This document shows positions 47,204 to 55,942 of a DNA stretch of 64,000 nt, piece after piece. The translations under genes and the position numbers were made by a program. The notes under the pieces are model-generated. The model worked only from the letters and a program-made list of their open reading frames with translations. It was not told the DNA's origin and did not search any database. Source of the DNA: a virus; the UHGV virus genome UHGV-1383976; one strand, written 5' to 3'. Position 1 is the stretch's first letter; each line of letters begins with the position of its first letter.

Positions 47204-47250
47204 TTGAAAATCCTCAAAATTTTTGCTATAATTATTATAGAAAATAAGGA
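47204..47250 (+). promoter_or_regulatory. class I promoter (variant)
   Basis: TTGAAA-17-TATAAT, then tattatagaaaataaggaaaggaaatataaaATG. Confidence 0.5.
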
Positions 47251-47263
47251 AAGGAAATATAAA

Positions 47264-47503
47264 ATGGACAAGAATGATTGGATTCGATATCAAAAGGCGC
47301 AGCCGCTAAATGGAGAAAGAGTTTGGGTTTTACCTTATAGCCCCTATGTTCCGTGGCCATATCTTGATCTGGTAGAGCTGTGTGAATATCAGTGGAACCA
47401 GTTGGTATGTGATTTTGAGTGGGTAGTTCTCCGTACTGGAGAGAGGTTGAAAACAAGTGAAATGGATTATTGGTGCACGGTTAGTGTGCCAGAAAGGTGG
47501 TAA
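47264..47503 (+). CDS. hypothetical protein (79 aa)
   Basis: ATG at 47264 after SD aaggaaagg. Confidence 0.5.
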   Translation: MDKNDWIRYQKAQPLNGERVWVLPYSPYVPWPYLDLVELCEYQWNQLVCDFEWVVLRTGERLKTSEMDYWCTVSVPERW

Positions 47504-47507
47504 AATA

Positions 47508-47756
47508 ATGCTGAGATTCAAGGCAACTTATTGGGATGAATTTATGGGTGAGAGTGGCGATGAGCATACTGTCTGGGGCGTTTGCGAGGGGCCGTCTTTC
47601 TTTGAAGCAACAAAGCGCATTGAGGACGCGTTTGGCAAGGATCTCCTGAGTGTTGAGGTTATGGCTGGGGACGATTATGAAGATGAGATTTTTCTGATTG
47701 ATTCTGACAATGAAGGCTGGCTCAGGGCGGCGCTTTCAAACATCCAAGAGAGATAA
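47508..47756 (+). CDS. hypothetical acidic protein (82 aa)
   Basis: SD ggtggtaaaataATG. Confidence 0.5.
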   Translation: MLRFKATYWDEFMGESGDEHTVWGVCEGPSFFEATKRIEDAFGKDLLSVEVMAGDDYEDEIFLIDSDNEGWLRAALSNIQER

Positions 47757-47796
47757 GTAAAACGAATACAAAACAAAATTGAAAGGAATTTGTAAG

Positions 47797-48249
47797 ATGA
47801 AGAAGATTATATCCACAATTTGTCTAATTCTTTTGTGTGCAGTTATGCTTGCACTGATGACTGGTTGCGGTGCGACCGCCGCACAGACTATTGAAACGGA
47901 AAGCGCGGCAACGCCCGTTCCTATGACTCCAGAGCCGACGCCTTCTACCACGCTTAAATCCATCAATGATCCTATTGCTGGCGATTGGATTATGTATCAG
48001 GCTGAGGTAAATGGTGTCGCTGTTGGCCCTGAAATAATTGTTGATTGGGGCTATACTTTGACAATTGATTCTGATGGTTATGCGGTTCTTATAACAAGTG
48101 ATGATACCATTTATAGTGTTGCTGAATATACAAAGAGTGATGGCCAGTTTGATTGGTATGATATTGGCGCGATGGCTATTATTTATGATACTAAGAATGA
48201 TGTGCTTGCACTAACTAACTACTCTGATATATTTTATTACGCTAGATAA
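47797..48249 (+). CDS. lipoprotein (signal peptide with lipobox LMTGC)
   Basis: MKKIISTICLILLCAVMLALMTGCGA. Confidence 0.55.
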   Translation: MKKIISTICLILLCAVMLALMTGCGATAAQTIETESAATPVPMTPEPTPSTTLKSINDPIAGDWIMYQAEVNGVAVGPEIIVDWGYTLTIDSDGYAVLITSDDTIYSVAEYTKSDGQFDWYDIGAMAIIYDTKNDVLALTNYSDIFYYAR

Positions 48250-48307
48250 TTTCTTCATATGGTTCCCGCACAAGTAAGTCTTTTCGTAAGACAGAAAGTG
48301 CGGGAAC

Positions 48308-48355
48308 TTGTTTTTTTATAAAAATTGAGTTATAATATATATAGAAAATGAGGAG
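48308..48355 (+). promoter_or_regulatory. class I promoter overlapping a terminator hairpin
   Basis: ttcccgcac...gtgcgggaac hairpin, then TTGTTT-17-TATAAT, then ATATATAGAAAATGAGGAGGG. Confidence 0.55.
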
Positions 48356-48365
48356 GGAAAATAAA

Positions 48366-48593
48366 ATGAAATATAGAATGACAGTGTATGATAGGGAAGG
48401 CAAGTTCTATACATCTACTATCTTGCACCCTAATATTGGAACGCTTGGTCAGTATTATACATTTAGAGAGCTGGTTGAGAACGAAACGATACGCACTATT
48501 TGCCCTAAGATGATGCGTGTTTTTACACCGATTAGTGATGAGGGATATGATAAGATTGAAGAATCGTTCGTGCTGATGCCAAAGGAGGATTGA
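48366..48593 (+). CDS. hypothetical protein (75 aa)
   Basis: ATG at 48366 after SD gaggaggg. Confidence 0.5.
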   Translation: MKYRMTVYDREGKFYTSTILHPNIGTLGQYYTFRELVENETIRTICPKMMRVFTPISDEGYDKIEESFVLMPKED

Positions 48594-48594
48594 A

Positions 48595-48834
48595 ATGAAA
48601 GAAGGATGGATTTGCCCTAAGTGTGGGCACGTTTGGAGTCCTGATATATGGGGCTGTCAGGATTGTAATAAGGCGTCTGTTGGGCGGGTAAAAATATCGG
48701 CCTCGTGCAAACATCACTTTATATGGGATGGTCCGGATGGCGATGGTTGGACGTGTTCAATATGTGGGGCGCATACAACTTATATACCTCTTACTTGTGA
48801 AGGGTGGGATGAACTTGAAAGAGAACTCTCCTAA
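48595..48834 (+). CDS. zinc-finger protein (79 aa)
   Basis: CPKCGH...CQDCN...CSICGAH. Confidence 0.5.
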   Translation: MKEGWICPKCGHVWSPDIWGCQDCNKASVGRVKISASCKHHFIWDGPDGDGWTCSICGAHTTYIPLTCEGWDELERELS

Positions 48835-48966
48835 GTCTGAAACAGCAATGCTGCACGACCAGTTAGCTCAGTGGTGCGCGCTCCGTAAGAAATGCCAGAA
48901 ATTCACAAACAAGAAAACTTACACGCGGAAAGAGAAACATCGTAAGCGAATTGAAGATAGCGAAGC

Positions 48967-49015
48967 TTGAAAAAATAAAAAAATCTTGATATAATATATA
49001 TAGAAAGTGAGGGAA
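48967..49015 (+). promoter_or_regulatory. class I promoter
   Basis: TTGAAA-17-TATAAT, then ATATATAGAAAGTGAGGGAAG. Confidence 0.55.
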
Positions 49016-49019
49016 GAGA

Positions 49020-49574
49020 ATGAAACATTACAAGATTTACGGCGCGACTTGCTACAGCTTTGAAGCTCCAGTAGGCAAAGACCAGATTGTCAGAATTGAG
49101 TTTATGCCGGAGGAGGACGATACGGAGGACGTTTCGACTTTCTATATTGGACTGCTTGTTTATGATAAGCGTAAACGTAATCATGCTCTCAATCGCTGGA
49201 TTGGCCTTGTCAATTTGGATGAGGATGGGTATGTGCGTGGTGATGAGTATCCAATAACTGGTAAGCATCAGCTTGAAACCTTTGCTATCGCGCGCAAGTT
49301 ATTTCTTGAAGGGATTGAAGCCGTGCGGAGTGTGTATTGTTCTTCTTCTCTTACCTTTATTGTTGAAGCAAGCGAGGAAAAGCGCGCACGAGTATATGAT
49401 AGATTTTTGAGCCGTTATGGGTGGCGGGCGCATGGCGCCAATGATTACGCCGCTCAGATTGGATGTAGTTTGAAATGGAGTAAGTATTATCTCCCCAAAG
49501 ACTGGGACGAGCTTTTGGAACGTGAAAGCAGTTTTGCTAAAAAGGAGAATGAGTATGTCGAACTCGAATATTGA
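49020..49574 (+). CDS. hypothetical protein (184 aa)
   Basis: ATG 9 nt after gagggaag. Confidence 0.55.
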   Translation: MKHYKIYGATCYSFEAPVGKDQIVRIEFMPEEDDTEDVSTFYIGLLVYDKRKRNHALNRWIGLVNLDEDGYVRGDEYPITGKHQLETFAIARKLFLEGIEAVRSVYCSSSLTFIVEASEEKRARVYDRFLSRYGWRAHGANDYAAQIGCSLKWSKYYLPKDWDELLERESSFAKKENEYVELEY

Positions 49575-49701
49575 TTGGTACATTAGTGTTAGTTCGCTCA
49601 AGGATGTATTGGATGAACTAGCCATTGATTACGCTATGTATGATGACGCTTTACAGGCAATATGCGATCTTTCTGACCGGATAGACGCCATGCTTGAGTG
49701 A
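49555..49701 (+). CDS. small hypothetical protein (48 aa), not in the ORF track
   Basis: SD aaaaggagaatgagtATG. Acidic. Confidence 0.35.
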   Translation: MSNSNIDWYISVSSLKDVLDELAIDYAMYDDALQAICDLSDRIDAMLE

Positions 49702-49721
49702 GATAAGATTGGAGTGGTAAG

Positions 49722-50042
49722 ATGATAAATGAGTCTGAAAGATGTTATACAGCGGCTGAAGTTGGTAATATGATTTCTACCGTTGAATATCATTATGGTG
49801 ATGAGTGGGGACCGAATGGAATTACGGCACTGGAGGATATGCTAGGTATTGATCATTTTGGTGATGAAGTAGCCGAATGGGCACACACTGACCACTTGCC
49901 GCAAGGTTATATTAGTATCAGTGAATTGCTCAAAAAGATGATAGAAATTAAACAGCAAGATTTGAATGTAAAAAACTTTGTAAAAATATTGACGACTTGG
50001 GTTCTAACAAACCAAAATAATACGGTGGTGATAATGAAATGA
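49722..50042 (+). CDS. hypothetical protein (106 aa)
   Basis: SD ggagtggtaagATG. Confidence 0.5.
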   Translation: MINESERCYTAAEVGNMISTVEYHYGDEWGPNGITALEDMLGIDHFGDEVAEWAHTDHLPQGYISISELLKKMIEIKQQDLNVKNFVKILTTWVLTNQNNTVVIMK

Positions 50043-50497
50043 CAAAGGAAGTCCGGGAAGTCCTCGCGGAAGTCTTCGCAATCGCATCTGCATTATTGCT
50101 ATTTTCTGCCCTTGCAGCTTGTCTAATACTGACAAGTTGCGGCGGGCAGCCTGAAGAAAAGAATTGGCTTGTTCAGTCGTGGGCGCAGATTCAGGGCGTT
50201 TGGGAAAGTGAATCTTACACTGACCAGAATGGTGAGATACATTCATTGGTTTATAGTGAAATGCATGAACTAATGATAAGCGGGGATTCAATTGTTTCAA
50301 CTTATTGTGGCAGCTCAAACACTGGCCGCATTTGGCTATGGGCGATTGACGATGAAACATATATTTATCACACGACTATTGGTTTGACGATTGGATTTAC
50401 GGAAGACACTTTCGGCGCGACGCCTGATGGTAGGAATGTTGTATGGTATTGCCGCGCAAGTGAGTCAGAAACTGGATTCGAAATGTTTAATAAGTAA
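50039..50497 (+). CDS. lipoprotein (lipobox LTSC)
   Basis: AIASALLLFSALAACLILTSCGG. ATGA overlap with the upstream gene. Confidence 0.5.
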   Translation: MTKEVREVLAEVFAIASALLLFSALAACLILTSCGGQPEEKNWLVQSWAQIQGVWESESYTDQNGEIHSLVYSEMHELMISGDSIVSTYCGSSNTGRIWLWAIDDETYIYHTTIGLTIGFTEDTFGATPDGRNVVWYCRASESETGFEMFNK

Positions 50498-50538
50498 AGC
50501 GGGCCATGAATTCCAAGTAAAAATTATAAGTTGAAAAT

Positions 50539-50590
50539 TTGATTTTTCCTCAAATTTTCGCTATAATATATATGTAAGATAAAGAAAGAA
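50539..50590 (+). promoter_or_regulatory. class I promoter (variant with taagataaagaaag downstream)
   Basis: TTGATT-18-TATAAT, then atatatgtaagataaagaaagaaac. Confidence 0.55.
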
Positions 50591-50644
50591 ACAAAACAAA
50601 ATTAAATGGCGCGTGCGGCCATACCGACGAGAAGGAGAAAGAAA

Positions 50645-51019
50645 ATGACTACTAGAGAGCTTTATGTTGCAGTTATCAATGGTGAGATGAATGACGAGAT
50701 GGTTGAGAAGGCTACCGCTCTTCTGGCTACTATGGACAAGGCAAAGGAAACCGCGAAGAATAAGCCCAGCAAGGCCGCTCTTGCCAATGAGAAGTATCTG
50801 ACCTATCTCAAGGCAAATGTGCTGACCAATGAGGGCAAGATTGGTTCCGAGCTGGCCGATGCGCTTACCGCGGCTTTTGCAGAGGACTTCAGCGAGAAGC
50901 CCTGCTCCGCTACTAAGGTTGCGAGCATCCTCAAGGCCAGTGTCGCTGACGGCACTGTCGTCAAGGAGAAGACCAAGATCGACAAGAGCGAGCGCACCAC
51001 TTACGCGCTGGCTGAGTAA
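50645..51019 (+). CDS. GC-rich gene for a small protein, paralog of 60654..61025 (putative winged-helix or DNA-binding)
   Basis: MTTRELYVAVINGEMNDEMVEKATALLATMDKAKE...VADGTVVKEKTKIDKSERTTYAL aligns with MTAREFYTTMMEKYDLTDELNAYCVEALASLDRRND...VKDGLISVEERKFPKVGKRKVYF. Local GC is clearly above its neighbours. Confidence 0.55.
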   Translation: MTTRELYVAVINGEMNDEMVEKATALLATMDKAKETAKNKPSKAALANEKYLTYLKANVLTNEGKIGSELADALTAAFAEDFSEKPCSATKVASILKASVADGTVVKEKTKIDKSERTTYALAE

Positions 51020-51229
51020 GACCAGTAGCACCTATAAGTGCAATTGCCTTAGAAAGTAAATAGAATACGCGCTCTGTCAATTTGACAGGGCGCTTTTCTT
51101 ATAGGGGAAGGCAAGGCCGCACAAACTAGTGGACGCACGTATAGGTTCGAGAGGAGTCGTCGCTAGGAGCCACGAAAAATTTGAGAAAAACGTATGTGTG
51201 AAGAACTATATTCTAGGAGGGATTTTGAA

Positions 51230-51580
51230 ATGAATTTGATTACAATTAGTAAAGCTGGAGACAATGAAGAACTTTGGACAGATAACTTAGATACATTTGA
51301 AATGTTTTATGGATTGCATATTCCAAAAAATACAAATTGGATTGAAGCTGCAAATGAACTGACTTATGATGCTTTCAAAGTCTGGATGTATTGCGCGGCT
51401 TATCCTTTTGATAAAGAATTGGATGAAGGAATTACAAAATGGTTGTTCAATATGGATAGAGAAGATTTTTGTGCGGCAATCAATGAGTTATCTTATAAAG
51501 GTTATTTGAGAATGGATATTGGTGGTTTTCAATTTAGCCGTGATGGAAGTTGGAAATTTGCTCAGGATTCTGAACATTGA
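51230..51580 (+). CDS. hypothetical protein (116 aa)
   Basis: SD taggaggg before the ATG at 51230. Confidence 0.5.
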   Translation: MNLITISKAGDNEELWTDNLDTFEMFYGLHIPKNTNWIEAANELTYDAFKVWMYCAAYPFDKELDEGITKWLFNMDREDFCAAINELSYKGYLRMDIGGFQFSRDGSWKFAQDSEH

Positions 51581-51678
51581 TATTTGTGTTCGGAAATCCG
51601 CACATGAAAGAAGGTGAAGCTTAGGGAACGTGTTTGTGCCAAGTGTAAAGTTTATAGTTTATAGTTTATGAGGTGTCT

Positions 51679-51888
51679 ATGAAAATGGATGATATAAAAG
51701 ATAAGGTGAGGAGTAAGACTAAGTTATTCAAATGTTATAGTTCAGATTTAGCGGGGTATTTATGTCTAAAAGGGTTCAAAATAATATCTACATCACCAAA
51801 TAAAACAAAACCACAATATAATACTTTTTCTTTTTTTGATACACCTGAACTGCACTCAACAATAGATGATTATATGAATAACAGATAA
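51679..51888 (+). CDS. hypothetical protein (69 aa)
   Basis: SD gaggtg then an ATG. Confidence 0.45.
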   Translation: MKMDDIKDKVRSKTKLFKCYSSDLAGYLCLKGFKIISTSPNKTKPQYNTFSFFDTPELHSTIDDYMNNR

Positions 51889-51938
51889 ATGTTTTACTTT
51901 GTGCCAAGTACCAAGTACCAAGTGCAGGAGGTTTACCC

Positions 51939-52700
51939 TTGGAATATGATTTTGAAAGCCGCAAGAAAGATACGGCTATTGTGAATTTGACAGATGCTTT
52001 GAATGTAATAGATCTTTATGAGGATGGAGATTTAGAAAAAGCTCTTGAATTAGCTATTGGTTTATTAGCCCTAGGATTTGGGGCGTCATTTGAAACAGAT
52101 GACAGAGAAATACAAAGGTTATTACGTAGTCGAGAATATACATCTGCGCGGGATAACCAAAAATATTTGAATGTAAAGAATACCAACGCCGCGCGTCAAA
52201 GAAATAAGCTTCAGGTTGATGAAATTCTTGATATGCTTAGTAATGGTGCGAAGCAATCAGTTATGGCTGATTCATTAGCTATACCTTTGGCTACTTTGAA
52301 GTATCGAATAAGAGTGATAAAGGAAAAATATCCCGAAGAATATAATGAAGCAATAGAAAAGTGTAAAAAGTATAAAAAGTATAATGAAGTATCAAAAGGT
52401 TGGCGGAATGATAAGGTAAATGATAATGATAAGGATAATGATAAGGTAAATGATAAAGATAATGAAAAAGAAGAAGTAGTTGATTCTGGTTATTTTATCA
52501 ATGGCGATGGTTATATAGAAAGTTTAGGTTTTTATCTTGGAGAAAAGTATAATAAACTTTGGACTGATTCAGAAAAAATTCGTACAGCTTATTTGAAAAG
52601 TCATTTTGATTTTACCGATGAGCAAATTGCTGACATAAATGAGATGGTTGAAGAAGAGAATGAATATCAACGCAATGGGGCTGTTGATTTAGGATTGTAA
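51939..52700 (+). CDS. HTH-containing protein (sigma-70 region 4 or LuxR-like helix) with Asn/Asp/Lys repeat linker; possible transcription regulator
   Basis: TTG start after SD gcaggagg. VDEILDMLSNGAKQSVMADSLAIPLATLKYRIRV resembles a DNA-binding HTH. The NDKVNDNDKDNDKVNDKDNEK segment is encoded by a tandem DNA repeat. Confidence 0.45.
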   Translation: MEYDFESRKKDTAIVNLTDALNVIDLYEDGDLEKALELAIGLLALGFGASFETDDREIQRLLRSREYTSARDNQKYLNVKNTNAARQRNKLQVDEILDMLSNGAKQSVMADSLAIPLATLKYRIRVIKEKYPEEYNEAIEKCKKYKKYNEVSKGWRNDKVNDNDKDNDKVNDKDNEKEEVVDSGYFINGDGYIESLGFYLGEKYNKLWTDSEKIRTAYLKSHFDFTDEQIADINEMVEEENEYQRNGAVDLGL

Positions 52701-52879
52701 AAAAAGTATAAAAAGTATAAAAAAGATAGCTTTGTGATTTTTTAGTTTTTTTATATGCTTACTCAAAGGTGCGGCCGCTGTGTAAGTTGAATTTTCCAAA
52801 AATTTGGAATGGGTATAAGTCTAACTTACCGTGATGACCTTGCGCGATGGCAACGCTGCACCTGTAAATAAGGCAATTG

Positions 52880-52962
52880 TGCAAGTCAAGTCAAATGTCA
52901 AGTCGCTTGTTTCATTTGACATTTGACTTGACACATTTGACATTTGACTTGACAGTGTTGTT
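52880..52962. repeat. inverted plus direct repeat of TTGACATTTGACTTGAC
   Basis: gtcaagtcaaatgtcaagtc-gcttgtttcat-ttgacatttgacttgac-acatttgacatttgacttgac gives a stem of about 17 bp plus a third direct copy, each holding TTGACA boxes. Confidence 0.6.
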
Positions 52963-53269
52963 TGGTTTTGATATTTACCTTACTTACAATCTTACCTACA
53001 CGTGTGTCTTCACCAATTTTGGTAGGAACGCCGCCCTGTAAGTAAGGTAGGAATTTTGGGATGTTAGAATTTTCCAGAAATTCGGTAAGTGCGGCGTGTT
53101 AGAAAAATTCTAGAAATTTTGGGACGTTGAAATTTTCCAAAAATTTCACCGTTGATGGAGTAAGAAAAATTGTGAAAAATTTGTGAATTTTTCAATTGGA
53201 CGAAATTTTTAGGACTGCGAATTTTAGGAGAGTAAGTAAGTCTCCTACACTTTATATTGTAAGTAAGGC

Positions 53270-53830
53270 AGATAAGTTAACTTATAAGTAAAATATATAA
53301 GTAAGACTTATAAGTAAGACTTATAAGTTAACTGTGTGTTCTACTTATAAGTTAATTGTATGTCCTACTTATAAGTTAACTGACAGCCCAACCTATAAGT
53401 TAACCTAGCGACAAACGGACCCAAGTCCGCCTCGCGGGAGGGAGTACAAGCTCCACCTATAAGTCAACTGAATTCCAAACCGCGCGCCCTACTTATAAGT
53501 TAACGGGAGGGCATTGTGTGCGGGAAAGCAACTGAGCCAGCGTGTGTGTGTTGTTGTACTGTAGCTCTCAACTGCGTAGCCAACCTATAAGTTAGCGAAC
53601 ACGTAAGCGAACGCCCACTCCACAACGCTTGGAAACCTAATGGTCGAGGCCTTGTGCGGGGTATGGGGAGGCGTTTTTATGACAAAAAAGGGATGGTAGT
53701 GCAAACTTTTATACAAAATCAAGTTTTTGATTTCACTATCCCAACACAATATCTTGTGGTCGACGGTTAGACGGTCGAACAGTTAGCTAACCTATAAGTA
53801 ATACTTATAAGTAGGGCCTACTTAACCTTT
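53270..53830. repeat. iteron array: at least 12 copies of the palindrome (C)CTTATAAGT(T/A)AAC, a candidate replication origin or protein-binding array
   Basis: cttataagtaaaatatataagtaagacttataagtaagacttataagttaactg...ctacttataagttaattg...ctacttataagttaactg...cctataagttaacc...cctataagtcaactg...ctacttataagttaacgg...cctataagttagcg...cctataagtaatacttataagtaggg. Confidence 0.6.
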
Positions 53831-54329
53831 TCTCCAATTTTTGGGGAAATTTTTTTATGTCAAATTTTGGAAACAAAATGGCGCGGCACGATTGGTTCAT
53901 CAAAAATATTCTTGCCAGAAATTACCCGTAATTCCACAATTCAACTTATTAATAGTCTTGTTCGCGCACGTGTTGCCAAAACTTTTCTAGAGTCCAATCC
54001 TTCTCTCAAAAAATTTTTCGTGGCTCAGAACGAATAAAATCAGTCGTGATGGTGCGGCAACGTTCCAGATGGGGCTTACAGGCGCGCCTTGGAAAATTTT
54101 ACCAGCCGTGGTAAATTTTGGGAAATTTGTAAAATTTTGGGAACAGCTGCTAGACTGGCCGGTCGCCGCGATTCGTATCTCGCGTCATCTTTGTGCGGCC
54201 AACTCAATGGTCAGAAAAGTTGCTTTTTTTTACAATGTAGCGTTTTGTGATTTGTCATACAATAAAAACAGAAATCGCGTATGGAAAATTTTGGAAGCAC
54301 CGCACAATTATTTCCAGCTTTTCGTTTTA

Positions 54330-54480
54330 GCTGTTGGGTATATGAAAAATTTGGCGGCCTCGGTTTTAGGCGGTCTGGCTTTTCCAGCTTTCTCCAGCTT
54401 CTTCCAAATTTCCAAAATTTTCCAGCTTATGGTTCAGCTTTTCCAGCCGCTACAGCTGCAGCTTTTTCAGCTTTTTGACG
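54330..54480. repeat. TTCCAGC(T) microsatellite-like repeat tract
   Basis: ttttccagctttctccagcttcttccaaatttccaaaattttccagcttatggttcagcttttccagccgctacagctgcagctttttcagc. Confidence 0.5.
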
Positions 54481-54589
54481 TCGGCCCTTACGTATCGCCA
54501 CAGGTGCGGCCACACAAGTAGGTATGGCCTCGCCACGGGATTACGCGCGATTGGTAAATTCTGTAAGAAATGGTAAAATTTGGAAGCCG

Positions 54590-54700
54590 TGGTACTTATT
54601 GGATGAATTGTCAAATTCTGGACGAATTGTCAAATTCTGGTAAAAGAATTACCAAATTTTGGTAAAAAGAATTGTCAAATTCTGGTAAAACTTGAAAATA
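54590..54700. repeat. three direct copies of GAATTGTCAAATTCTGG(T/A) with GGTAAAA spacers
   Basis: gaattgtcaaattctggacgaattgtcaaattctggtaaaagaattaccaaattttggtaaaaagaattgtcaaattctggtaaaa. Confidence 0.55.
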
Positions 54701-54761
54701 AAAATTTAGACTACGTTAGTCTAAAACAAAAAAACAAAAGGAAGATTTTTCAATCTCCCTT

Positions 54762-54953
54762 TCATTTCTCATATCTTTCATAACCTATAACTTGAATTTC
54801 TTCATCTTCACCATTCACGCGTTTTATATAATAAATATTATTTTCATATTTTACAAGCATAATTCTTACATAATCAGCATCTTCGGCGCAAGTTGAAAAA
54901 AGTCTTTCATCTTTTATAATTTCACCGTATCTAATAATTTCGTGTGAATCCAT
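54762..54953 (-). CDS. early small protein E1 (63 aa)
   Basis: Leader aaaaggagaatttaaaaATG. Promoter TTGACA-16-TATAAT with the palindrome 6 nt upstream of the -35. The track ORF start at 55016 lies inside the promoter. Confidence 0.55.
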   Translation of the reverse strand: MDSHEIIRYGEIIKDERLFSTCAEDADYVRIMLVKYENNIYYIKRVNGEDEEIQVIGYERYEK

Positions 54954-55060
54954 TTTTAAATTCTCCTTTTCATTTAGTAATTGTATTATACACCAAAATT
55001 CTAAAATGTCAAGCATTATTTTAGACTAACATAGTCTAAAAACAAAAAAAGGAAGATTTT

Positions 55061-55426
55061 TCAATCTTCCTCGCTCTCGTCTTTCTTCTTTGCTTCACGC
55101 TCGGCGGCTTTCGCTTCACGGCGTGCCTTATCGCGTGCTATCTTCTTCTCTTTCTCCGCGGCTTTCGCGGCGGCCTTCTCCGTCTTTTCAGCAAGTTTGA
55201 GCGCGTAGCCCTCGCGCCGTGCGTAGCAGTCGTCTCCATCCTCATCCTTCGGAATTTTTATGACTACCTGCACACAACCTTCTTCCCCATCATCGGCAAC
55301 GACAGGGAAACTAAATACACTTGCCCCTTCAAGTCCTACATCTTCGCCCATTTTCTGCGCATAGCTCATAAAAAATTCTACAAACTTCGCACGAAGAACA
55401 TTAGCATTTTTAACAGTCATTTTCAA
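55061..55426 (-). CDS. early protein with folded N-domain and histone-H1-like Lys/Ala-rich tail (copy A)
   Basis: MKMTVKNANVLRAKFVEFFMSYAQ...FSFPVVADDGEEG...IKIPKDEDGDDCY, then KAAAKAAEKEKKIARDKARREAKAAEREAKKK. Promoter TTGACT-17-TATACT. Terminator ggaagattgaaaaatcttcc plus T7. Confidence 0.6.
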   Translation of the reverse strand: MKMTVKNANVLRAKFVEFFMSYAQKMGEDVGLEGASVFSFPVVADDGEEGCVQVVIKIPKDEDGDDCYARREGYALKLAEKTEKAAAKAAEKEKKIARDKARREAKAAEREAKKKDESEED

Positions 55427-55546
55427 ATTCTCCTTTTCTTATTTTGTGAGTAAAGTATATCACCATTTTCTATAAAAGTCAATAGTTATTTTTTCAATAA
55501 TGCCGCGCGATTAGACTACCGTAGTCTAACTTTTATAAAGCAGGAA

Positions 55547-55792
55547 TTACTCCTGCTCAGTCATTTCATCCTCGGCAGTATCTTCTCTCCAATAAGAGCA
55601 TTCCCCATCGAATTCGGCTTCTTCAAGGATATAAACCAAACCATCTCTTGCTTCTCGAAAATCCTTTTCCCATTTGCCATCTTCCTGACTGTATGCATAC
55701 AGATTATCAAGAATCTTTGCGGCGTGCTTCAAGGCTTCTTCTTCTTCCGAACTAAGAACATACTTCTTTGAAATGCAAGTGCGAACTATCAT
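55547..55792 (-). CDS. early small acidic protein (copy A), 81 aa
   Basis: MIVRTCISKKYVLSSEEEEALKHAAKILDNLYAYSQEDGKWEKDFREA...EDEMTEQE. Leader aaaaggagattttaaaaATG. Promoter TTGACT-17-TATAAT. Confidence 0.55.
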   Translation of the reverse strand: MIVRTCISKKYVLSSEEEEALKHAAKILDNLYAYSQEDGKWEKDFREARDGLVYILEEAEFDGECSYWREDTAEDEMTEQE

Positions 55793-55942
55793 TTTTAAAA
55801 TCTCCTTTTCATAATTTCTGAATAAATTATAACACAAATTTTTTGAAAAGTCAAGTTTTATTTCTTTTGATTTTAGACTAAGTTAGTCTAATTATGGGAT
55901 TTTGTGAAAAATTTCACAAGTTGAGTCAAAAAAGGAAACGTT

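Noticed and set aside
54069-54521. Plus-strand 150-aa and 65-aa ORFs
   Set aside because: They translate the TTCCAGC microsatellite as FQLFQLF repeats, inside the repeat-rich non-coding region, with no RBS.
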